Positions 56,928-64,000 of a stretch of 64,000 nt of DNA are shown piece after piece. The notes below the pieces were generated by a model. It had not been told where the DNA came from. It saw only the letters and a list, made by a program, of their open reading frames with translations, and did not search any database. Each line of letters starts with the position of its first letter. Positions within the stretch are counted from its first letter, which is position 1. Both the position numbers and the translations under genes were made by a program. The DNA is from a virus. Where the stretch lies: IMG/VR virus record IMGVR_UViG_3300031857_000047, positions 1 through 64,000 of that record. One strand, written 5' to 3'.

Positions 56928-57932
56928 TTAGCAGGTAGGACAGGTAGGAGCAGATGTTACTGAAATTTCTTCTGTTGTAGATTGAAGAATAGGAAAGTTT
57001 TCAATTCCTTTTTTTACAGATTCTACAATGGCATTTTCAACTTTTTCATTCATCTTCATAATACCGTCGTTGCCACGATCTGCAACATCGTCCATGGTAA
57101 TTCTAATTGGGCTGTATTGACGAATTTCTCCGCCCATATCTAAAATATCTAATTTATCGTAGTCCATATAGGTAACATTAATTGGAAAAGTTGAACCAAG
57201 CACTACCGATAGCGGCTTGTTTAACGCTACCGCTAGATGTTGTCCCACCGAGTCACAGCCTAGGAAATAGTCAGCTTGGCCAATAATTCCTGCCCACTGC
57301 CTTAGTGATACATTTTGAGGTAGGGCCACGGGATCTTTGCAACCGTGTTTTTGAAAGTCTATTCCAAGTTCACTCATTACAATAACACCTAGGTCTTCTT
57401 TTTGTAATTTTTTTACAATCTCAATCACATGGACGCCTTCAAAGCTTCTACCGCTTGGATCATATATGATATTATTGTCGGCCTTAACTCCGCGGCCAAA
57501 CGGTTGGAATACAACTACTTTTTTCTTTCCGGTTTTTTCTTTTACTTCTTTAACAATGTTAAATCCTAGTATAGATTCGTCATTAGATAATTTTAAAAAT
57601 GGCTGCTGTAGTTCTCTAATGCCTTTGTTGTTTATGGCAATATCATATGCTTGTGCAATAGAACATTTTTGATTGAAATATTCCCAAACTCGATAGGGCT
57701 CAGGAGTAATTAAATCGCAATTAATTAATTTGTCTTCAAATAAATTTTTGTGCCAATGATCGTAGCACCTTGAATGTAATATTGGGTGACCTCTGTAGAA
57801 GTCTGTTCCACCTTCGCAGACAACTATAAAATTTTTATCAACTTCTTCGGCGTATTTTTCTAAGGCAGGTATTGAACAGAGTACACGGCCGGCGCCTCCG
57901 TTAATAAAAAATGCTTTGGTTCGTTCTGTCAT
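56928..57932 (-). CDS. GT9 (heptosyltransferase)-like glycosyltransferase
   Basis: GGAGRVLCSIPAL; SLRQWAGII..AD.FLGCDSVGQHLA.ALNKP. Confidence 0.7.
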   Translation of the reverse strand: MTERTKAFFINGGAGRVLCSIPALEKYAEEVDKNFIVVCEGGTDFYRGHPILHSRCYDHWHKNLFEDKLINCDLITPEPYRVWEYFNQKCSIAQAYDIAINNKGIRELQQPFLKLSNDESILGFNIVKEVKEKTGKKKVVVFQPFGRGVKADNNIIYDPSGRSFEGVHVIEIVKKLQKEDLGVIVMSELGIDFQKHGCKDPVALPQNVSLRQWAGIIGQADYFLGCDSVGQHLAVALNKPLSVVLGSTFPINVTYMDYDKLDILDMGGEIRQYSPIRITMDDVADRGNDGIMKMNEKVENAIVESVKKGIENFPILQSTTEEISVTSAPTCPTC

Positions 57933-58006
57933 GTGTGATCCCTAAATGTTTTTGATACTATATAATTTAGCATCTTTTCAAGGAGAGAGCAATATTTCTG
58001 AACTCA

Positions 58007-58034
58007 AAAAAAAAGGAGCAATGCTCCTTTTTTT
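58007..58034. terminator. Bidirectional intrinsic terminator
   Basis: aaaaaaaaggagca-a-tgctccttttttt. Confidence 0.75.
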
Positions 58035-58686
58035 ATTCAGTGCCGTCGGGCGCCGTTATTGGTTGTACTTTCCAGGGATCTATAGGCGGCGTACCGCCTG
58101 GAGCAGCACCAAACGTCTGTGGAATATCTCTGAGTTTTTGACGATGTTCTTCCCATTTGGCTTTGATAGCAGCAGGCATGTCGTCTATAACTCTAGGGTC
58201 AGACATTTGTAAATTTCTGTTTCTCCACTCACGAATATCTTGCCATGTTACATGTGGTTTTTTCCATGGATACGGAGTGACAAATGTATTTGTGATAGGA
58301 TCATATGCAATCTCAGTCATTTCATAAGTGTGATCTGGAGGAGGAACCAACGGTCTACGATATACTGTGCCGTCTGGCAGTGTTTCTTCATGTTGGTCTA
58401 AAAGATTATAATCTCGAACTTCATCAGCTCCTACTAGGCAGGCTAATAAAGGATTAAGATTGCAGTCAATTTCTACTTTTATAAGATTTAAGGGTGTTGG
58501 GTAAGTCGCTCCATCCTCATCTGGAGTTTTAAAATCTCCGGTAAGTCTGTTAGTTTCTGCGTCAACAAATACCCAAATTTTATCGTGGCCGTCGTAAGTC
58601 CAAACTCCGACTTTGTTCAATGTTCGAGTTTGATGTAGGTAATCGTCAGGCACATCGTAGGTAAATGATTTTTGAATTTTTGGCAT
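58033..58686 (-). CDS. Tail fibre assembly chaperone-like protein
   Basis: W..IR..RN..L..SD...W..HRQKLRDIP motif. Confidence 0.7.
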   Translation of the reverse strand: MPKIQKSFTYDVPDDYLHQTRTLNKVGVWTYDGHDKIWVFVDAETNRLTGDFKTPDEDGATYPTPLNLIKVEIDCNLNPLLACLVGADEVRDYNLLDQHEETLPDGTVYRRPLVPPPDHTYEMTEIAYDPITNTFVTPYPWKKPHVTWQDIREWRNRNLQMSDPRVIDDMPAAIKAKWEEHRQKLRDIPQTFGAAPGGTPPIDPWKVQPITAPDGTE

Positions 58687-58690
58687 TTTT

Positions 58691-59443
58691 TTATCCGTAA
58701 GTTACTGAAACAAGGCCACCACCACCGTGGCCGCCGCACCAGCAGTTGCCGCCAATGGTATGCACACTCATGCCGCCGCCGCCTGGAAAATATGACTTAG
58801 TGAACCAGTTGGTACACGATCCATTAGGTGAACCGTTAATACAACCGCCTGGACCAAACATAGGGCCAGATGCTGTAGCTGCTGCTAACATGGCATGCTG
58901 CTGGAATGCTTGTGCGCACCAATTATAACTTTGATATGTACTGTGTTGACCGTGGATACAAATATCTCCGCCAAATCCGTTACAGCAGTGTGTAAAAGGT
59001 ATGCAGCAAGGATGACAAAATTGATAGAAACAATGAGTGTCTCCATAATTTCCACCCTTGGCACAAAAATTACTAAGACCAAATCCTTGAACAAAACTGT
59101 CGCATCCAGCACAGCCGATACAGTTGGGTGATGTACTGGTAGTTCCGCCGGCACAAATTGTGTATTGGCATCCGCCAAGATTGGTGCTGCATACAGTTTT
59201 TACCGCATATGCACCGGCACCGCCGGGATTACCTTGTTGGCAGCAGCAACCACCGCCGCCACCACCGCCGCCACCCCACATCTCAAATTTAACATATCGA
59301 GTATTAGAAGGCAATGTAAATTGACAGCAACGTCCTCCGTTAGCCGGACTATCCACGCTGGTGTTATAGATCAAAACTTCTGTAGGAAAATTGGTAGCTG
59401 CAATAGCAGTAATTGTCCCTGTTAACGCTTTTAGAGTTGCCAT
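58691..59443 (-). CDS. Cys/Gly-rich gp38-like adhesin paralog
   Basis: FEMWGGGGGGGGGCCC...GGGGLVSVTY; about 24 Cys by hand count. Confidence 0.65.
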   Translation of the reverse strand: MATLKALTGTITAIAATNFPTEVLIYNTSVDSPANGGRCCQFTLPSNTRYVKFEMWGGGGGGGGGCCCQQGNPGGAGAYAVKTVCSTNLGGCQYTICAGGTTSTSPNCIGCAGCDSFVQGFGLSNFCAKGGNYGDTHCFYQFCHPCCIPFTHCCNGFGGDICIHGQHSTYQSYNWCAQAFQQHAMLAAATASGPMFGPGGCINGSPNGSCTNWFTKSYFPGGGGMSVHTIGGNCWCGGHGGGGLVSVTYG

Positions 59444-59457
59444 TTAATTTTGATTCC

Positions 59458-60219
59458 TTATTTGAAAGTGACCAGTACTTGGCCGCCGGCGCCCCATCCG
59501 CCCCAACAGCAAGCGCCATATGATATAGCTGTACCGCCACCGCCACCTGGGAATATATTTCCGTTGCCCATAATTGCACAACCCATCCAGAATTCACCGC
59601 AATGAGTTGAACCAGTTCTTGCGCCGCCTCCGGCATATGTTCCTTGTGGAGTATATTGCCATGCATCAAATCCGCACCATGATGCGTGAGCTGATCCTGT
59701 AAGTCCGCAAAGACTAAAGTCAGCGCCGCAGGTGCATCCGCAGATTGTAGTGGCGCAATGATAGCAACTAGAAATAGCGTAGAAGCAACTGCTGGTGCCG
59801 CCATACCCACCACTAGCACACAATGCTACTGGATATGAACTTGCTCCTGGATTGCACACGCTACTAGGAAAACCCGAGGTACCTAGGCATGATTGAGAGC
59901 AACAGCCGCTGCCTCCTGCACATAGTCTATAGGTTTCGCCAGGAACCACTCGAGTAGTTTTTCTAGCATAGCTACCTGAACCACCACCCATTGAAGGCTG
60001 TTGACAGCAGCAGGCGCCACCGCCATCGCCACCGCCACCCCATACTTCAAAACGGGCCCACGTTGTTCCTGTAGGTACAGTCCATAGACAGCAAAAACCA
60101 CCGTTGGTTACGTTGTCGTAACTGGTATTTCGAACATATAACTGATTAAATATGCCCGTTGCAGGCTGTATAATGTTTGTTGTAGCGGTATCTGGAAATA
60201 ACGAAGTTAACGTTGCCAT
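59458..60219 (-). CDS. Cys/Gly-rich gp38-like adhesin paralog
   Basis: WTVP.G.T...FEVWGGGG.GGGACCC...GAGGQVLVTF; about 23 Cys. Confidence 0.65.
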   Translation of the reverse strand: MATLTSLFPDTATTNIIQPATGIFNQLYVRNTSYDNVTNGGFCCLWTVPTGTTWARFEVWGGGGDGGGACCCQQPSMGGGSGSYARKTTRVVPGETYRLCAGGSGCCSQSCLGTSGFPSSVCNPGASSYPVALCASGGYGGTSSCFYAISSCYHCATTICGCTCGADFSLCGLTGSAHASWCGFDAWQYTPQGTYAGGGARTGSTHCGEFWMGCAIMGNGNIFPGGGGGTAISYGACCWGGWGAGGQVLVTFK

Positions 60220-60223
60220 TTAA

Positions 60224-60880
60224 TTACCCCGCTTGGTCAGTAGGTGACGGCGTAGTGCCGGGCTCAATAGGAAACGGTACTTTCCAAGGATCAATACCTG
60301 CAAATACCCTAGGTAGATCTCTTAGTTTTTGTCTATATGTTTCCCAAGCTGTTTTATCAACATCAGCTGCTTGTGCTATTTTTCCATCAGTTGCTTGTAA
60401 CATAGCATTTCTAACATTTTTTAATGTTTCCCAATCCATGTGTGGTTTTTTCCACGGATAAGGTTTTACAAATTTTTCTGTTGTAGCATTATATTGTATT
60501 TCTGTGAGTTCGTATGTATGATCAGGCGGAATAGGATTTGGATGACCGTATGTGCTGCCATCTGGTAATACTTCAGATGTATGAGGTAGTTCACCGTATA
60601 TGGTCTCGTTATGGATGCAACTGGCAATTTCTGGATTTATAGCAGCATCTACCATAACTTTGATCTGCCCTTGTGGCGTTGGTACAGTATCGCCATTATC
60701 TTTTTCAGTATAATGAAATCTACTCATAATTTTGTTAGTAGCTGCATCTACAAATATCCACAAATACCTAGGACCCTTATAAGTCCACTGGGCTGTTCTT
60801 TTCAAACTATTTGTTTGATAAAGGTATGCATCAGCAATATCATATGTGAATGTTTTTACGATTGGTGTGTTTTCTGCCAT
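60224..60880 (-). CDS. Tail fibre assembly chaperone-like protein (paralog of 58033)
   Basis: PPDHTYE...PYPWKKPH, RN..L...D, YRQKLRDLP. Confidence 0.7.
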   Translation of the reverse strand: MAENTPIVKTFTYDIADAYLYQTNSLKRTAQWTYKGPRYLWIFVDAATNKIMSRFHYTEKDNGDTVPTPQGQIKVMVDAAINPEIASCIHNETIYGELPHTSEVLPDGSTYGHPNPIPPDHTYELTEIQYNATTEKFVKPYPWKKPHMDWETLKNVRNAMLQATDGKIAQAADVDKTAWETYRQKLRDLPRVFAGIDPWKVPFPIEPGTTPSPTDQAG

Positions 60881-60893
60881 TTTATTTTTCCTA

Positions 60894-61658
60894 TTATCCG
60901 TAATTTACTACTACTAGTCCGCCGGCACCCCAACCGCCCCAACAGCATCCGCCACCGCAGGCTGTTGCACTATTACCGGGTCCTCCCGGATACGCCGGTG
61001 CGCCAAATGGTGAGCAGCCAGAGATAGTTAAACTTGTTGAGCAATGCTCTATACCTAAGAGTAGATTTGCTTTATATTTGGTTGGTCCTGATTTGAACTC
61101 GAACATATTTTGCCAGCAATAGTTTGATGTTTTTGGTTGACTCATGATCTTAGGCTGAGTAAAATCACTTGGTCCAACATCGCAACCCATTTTACACATA
61201 CCAAAGCAGATACCTGTACAGCCTTGATAGCTTCTAAAACATTGTACGCATCCGCCGCATCCGCCGGCTGCGCAAGTCACTGTGGCTCCGCCAGCTTGGC
61301 ATAATACCCAACTAGGATATCCACAGACTCCACAACACTGTGTATTACAGCAGCCGCTGCCGCCTGCACAAATGCAAAATTGTTGTCCTGCTGTAACTGC
61401 TAGATTCTTTTTAGAGTATGCACCACTTTCTGGACCATAGTAAGGACCCATACAACAACATGCGCCACCACCCGAGCCACCACCGCCCCATGTTTCAAAC
61501 ACGGCCCAAGTAATTCCAGCTGGAACGGTCCATAGGCAGCATGATCCACCGTTAGTTACCGACGGAGTGTCGGTATTGTAAATTGCCAGTTGAAATTCTC
61601 TGTTGACCTGATTTACTGCACCGGAGTCGTTAACAAAAAATGATGTCAAATTTGCCAT
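60894..61658 (-). CDS. Cys/Gly-rich gp38-like adhesin paralog
   Basis: Same scaffold; about 27 Cys. Confidence 0.65.
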   Translation of the reverse strand: MANLTSFFVNDSGAVNQVNREFQLAIYNTDTPSVTNGGSCCLWTVPAGITWAVFETWGGGGSGGGACCCMGPYYGPESGAYSKKNLAVTAGQQFCICAGGSGCCNTQCCGVCGYPSWVLCQAGGATVTCAAGGCGGCVQCFRSYQGCTGICFGMCKMGCDVGPSDFTQPKIMSQPKTSNYCWQNMFEFKSGPTKYKANLLLGIEHCSTSLTISGCSPFGAPAYPGGPGNSATACGGGCCWGGWGAGGLVVVNYG

Positions 61659-61668
61659 TGTGGTTCTC

Positions 61669-61992
61669 TTATCTTGTAATTAACCAACCGTATGTAGCAC
61701 CTGTCCACACTAATGTGACACAAGCATTGTTTACGTTGATTACTAAATCTTCATTCAAGTTTTGAATTTTTGAACCGTTTCTAGCAAGTGTAATGTTGCT
61801 TGAACCAGAAACACCGGTTGCGTCAATTACCTGAATGGTATCGTTCTCAATCAAGGTTGCCGTGGCAGGCAATGTGATTGTGAAACCACCAGTGGTGCAA
61901 ATGATTCTATCATTAACTTGTGCCGCATATGCAGTGCCTACGGTTCTAGTCACGTTTTGTGCAGTACCGGTTGTTGTGATGTATCTTCCCAT
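61669..61992 (-). CDS. Small tail-fibre joint/adaptor-like protein
   Basis: TITLP....D.IQVID.......NITL.RNG..I....DL......VTLV......GW motif seen in T4-like fibre proximal domains; TAAATA and GAGG upstream. Confidence 0.6.
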   Translation of the reverse strand: MGRYITTTGTAQNVTRTVGTAYAAQVNDRIICTTGGFTITLPATATLIENDTIQVIDATGVSGSSNITLARNGSKIQNLNEDLVINVNNACVTLVWTGATYGWLITR

Positions 61993-62016
61993 TTTATTAA
62001 TTCCTCGTATATGTAT

Positions 62017-62337
62017 TTATGTTGTAGATGTTTCAATGCCAAAAACAACTGCGCTGACATTGGCACCGCTTGATCTTACCACAATTTTTTGACCTGCTGC
62101 AACAATAATACCTGTTCTTTCTAGAACGCCACGACCTAAAACTTCAGTATCGTATTCTAGATATTCTCCGTTTACTGGTGTATCCAAATCAGCGGTTGCA
62201 ATTCTTACTGCAATTGCTTGGTTTGATCTATTACAAATGTTCACACTAAGCACTGCAAAATACCCTGATGGAACGGTGTAAACGCTAGTATTGGTAGCTG
62301 CTGCTAAATCTGCTATTCCTAATCTTCCTGTAGCCAT
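62017..62337 (-). CDS. Small beta-sandwich virion protein
   Basis: VYTVP...VNICN...LERTG......KIVV...VSAVVFGIE. Confidence 0.6.
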   Translation of the reverse strand: MATGRLGIADLAAATNTSVYTVPSGYFAVLSVNICNRSNQAIAVRIATADLDTPVNGEYLEYDTEVLGRGVLERTGIIVAAGQKIVVRSSGANVSAVVFGIETSTT

Positions 62338-62350
62338 TTAAATTTCTCCG

Positions 62351-64000
62351 TTATGCATTTAAAAATAAGTTCAGTGCGACAGCATATCCATCAACACCAG
62401 CTTTAAAGTTCACTTTACTATTTATGTTAATCTGTACATTAGTTGTAGTTGTGATTTCTTGTCCTGCTATGAAAATAACACCTGCTGTTAACGTATTAAC
62501 ATTCAAGCTAGATCCGCCACCACCAATTTGACTTGAAATGTAGGCTTTAATAGCTCTTTGAGTTGGTATCACTGTATCCGAATCCGCCGTAAAGAACGGA
62601 TCTGTTGAGAATTCAGTGATTGTTGCTCCACCTCCGCCCAACGCTAGTTCACCCAAACTTAGTTCGTTCAATCCTGCTAGATTAAATGCATCTGCATTTA
62701 ATGTTGCAGTACCAGTTGACTGCTCAACGTTGAACAATCCACCAACTCTAAAATTACCGTCTTGGTCAGTTGATGTATAGAATACACGACCGCCATTTGA
62801 ATCAACTGTTTCGTTAGCAGGAATTGGGTCTGTTGTTGGTAGACCCGGATAATTGGTATTGGTTTGATTTCCAGTACCAATGTCTAAGAAGTCATGGCCT
62901 GTTAAACGCACCTGACTGTAGCGTCGTCTAATTGTAGTGACTGCGTTGTGGTCTGGTGATTCCAATGTTCCAACATCCGGACTTACTTGAATCTGAGCAC
63001 TGTACGGACCCACACCTGTTAGATCTCTTACGTTGACGATTCTGTAATAGACATCGTCAATTCCTGCAATTTGCAAGTTTGCGCCGCCTCTTGGAACGTC
63101 TGTAAGATCTTTGAAGTCAATAAATGCGCCAACTTGATAGTTGTCTGCGTATCCGTCACCTGTTACAGTTGTAGATGATGCTGTGTAATTTGCACCTCTA
63201 TTTGAATAGTTTGGTTGTGCCAATACTCCATCACCAATTCTAGCAACATAGGTTGCATCTGCACCTGTATTGTTAGGATCAACAATGGTCATTGTTGGTG
63301 CGCTGGTGTAATTAGATCCTGGCTCATGTACCCAAATTTCTCTTATGAGTCCGTCATTTACCCATGCTCTACCACGTGCTCTTGTACCTACATATACTGC
63401 TAGTGCTCTTCGACCACCTTGATTGAATGTAAGGAATCCTGCATTGCCTGTAGGGTTGCCGTAGGCCGCTGCTGAATATAATTTACCAATAGTTCCAGCC
63501 ATTGTGCCGGTGCCGGTAGTTAGTGTTACAACACTTCCTCCAACTGATGACGAAATATTAAAGCGTGTTGCACTGGCAATTGATTTAATAAAATATCGAG
63601 TGCCGCTTGACACGCCACCAATAACTCCAGAACTAAATTGTACAGTGTCATTAACTGATAAATCTGCGGTACTGGCCACTGTTAGGTAATTGGTATTAGC
63701 TTGATAGAACTGAGTCTTAACCGCTGAACTTCCGTATCCAACTACCACTGTGTTATAAGCACCATCGCTTGCACCAGCATTCCAGTTGGCTGTGGTAGTC
63801 ATAGTAATTTCTGTCCATGTTATACCATCTTCAGATATTGCTGATCTGCTGCTGTTATAGGCAGTTGCCACAAATACGCTACCGTTCCATGTTACATTTG
63901 TCCAACGGGCTGCTGCACCAGGTAATGTAGCAGCAGACCATGTAGTGCCGTTAGTGCTGTAGGCTGCAGATGTTGTAGTAGTACCACTGTTTCCAGCTAC
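62351..64000 (-). CDS. Large virion structural protein, C-terminal part (open beyond window end)
   Basis: Frame is open to 64000; propeller repeats; RLTGHDFLDIGTG...GGRVFYTSTDQDGNFRVG. Confidence 0.75.
   Translation of the reverse strand, partial: VAGNSGTTTTSAAYSTNGTTWSAATLPGAAARWTNVTWNGSVFVATAYNSSRSAISEDGITWTEITMTTTANWNAGASDGAYNTVVVGYGSSAVKTQFYQANTNYLTVASTADLSVNDTVQFSSGVIGGVSSGTRYFIKSIASATRFNISSSVGGSVVTLTTGTGTMAGTIGKLYSAAAYGNPTGNAGFLTFNQGGRRALAVYVGTRARGRAWVNDGLIREIWVHEPGSNYTSAPTMTIVDPNNTGADATYVARIGDGVLAQPNYSNRGANYTASSTTVTGDGYADNYQVGAFIDFKDLTDVPRGGANLQIAGIDDVYYRIVNVRDLTGVGPYSAQIQVSPDVGTLESPDHNAVTTIRRRYSQVRLTGHDFLDIGTGNQTNTNYPGLPTTDPIPANETVDSNGGRVFYTSTDQDGNFRVGGLFNVEQSTGTATLNADAFNLAGLNELSLGELALGGGGATITEFSTDPFFTADSDTVIPTQRAIKAYISSQIGGGGSSLNVNTLTAGVIFIAGQEITTTTNVQININSKVNFKAGVDGYAVALNLFLNA

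Noticed and set aside
58691-61658. Diversity-generating retroelement acting on the adhesins
   Set aside because: No reverse transcriptase and no TR/VR pair differing only at adenines was seen in the window
58691-61658. Cys-rich proteins as RiPP precursors or selenoproteins
   Set aside because: They are 250 aa with a fibre-type scaffold and chaperones; no in-frame TGA, leader/core layout or radical-SAM gene nearby
1-64000. Stop-codon reassignment (alternative genetic code)
   Set aside because: Core genes are full length and tightly packed under the standard code, and all three stops are used
1-64000. tRNA, rRNA, introns, inteins or IS elements
   Set aside because: Intergenic gaps are too short or explained by promoters and terminators; helicase, terminase and UvsX are uninterrupted. 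A covariance-model scan was not possible

Overview
This window is a densely coding 64-kb segment of a large T4-like myovirus (jumbo-phage style; standard genetic code). I saw no tRNA, rRNA, CRISPR array or IS element. Left to right: (1) ~0.3-12.8 kb, a replication block with a Pol-beta-type nucleotidyltransferase, gp41/DnaB helicase, an N-domain-only carbamoyltransferase, primase, a 192-aa miniature family-C (DnaE) polymerase core, a gp62-like protein and UvsW. (2) ~12.8-25.5 kb, an AT-rich glycan island with gmd, UDP-Glc dehydrogenase, an epimerase, about 9 glycosyltransferase-like genes and methyltransferases. (3) 25.5-28.4 kb, uvsY/uvsX/gp32. (4) 29-46 kb, packaging, neck and tail genes (terminase subunits, gp4, tube, sheath, dNMP kinase, gp13/14/15). 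(5) 46-64 kb, large fibre proteins, then a module of three ~10%-cysteine, polyglycine gp38-like adhesins with two chaperones, followed by a GT9-like transferase, two SGNH-like proteins and a full carbamoyltransferase. The best candidates for new biology are: the Cys-rich adhesin plus modification-enzyme module; the thumbless mini-DnaE; apparently leaderless mRNAs from both TAAATA late promoters and sigma70 promoters; a late-expressed nucleotidyltransferase that may be packaged in the capsid; and a start-less reading frame behind a secreted peptide. All function calls come from recognising motifs by eye; no database searches were run.
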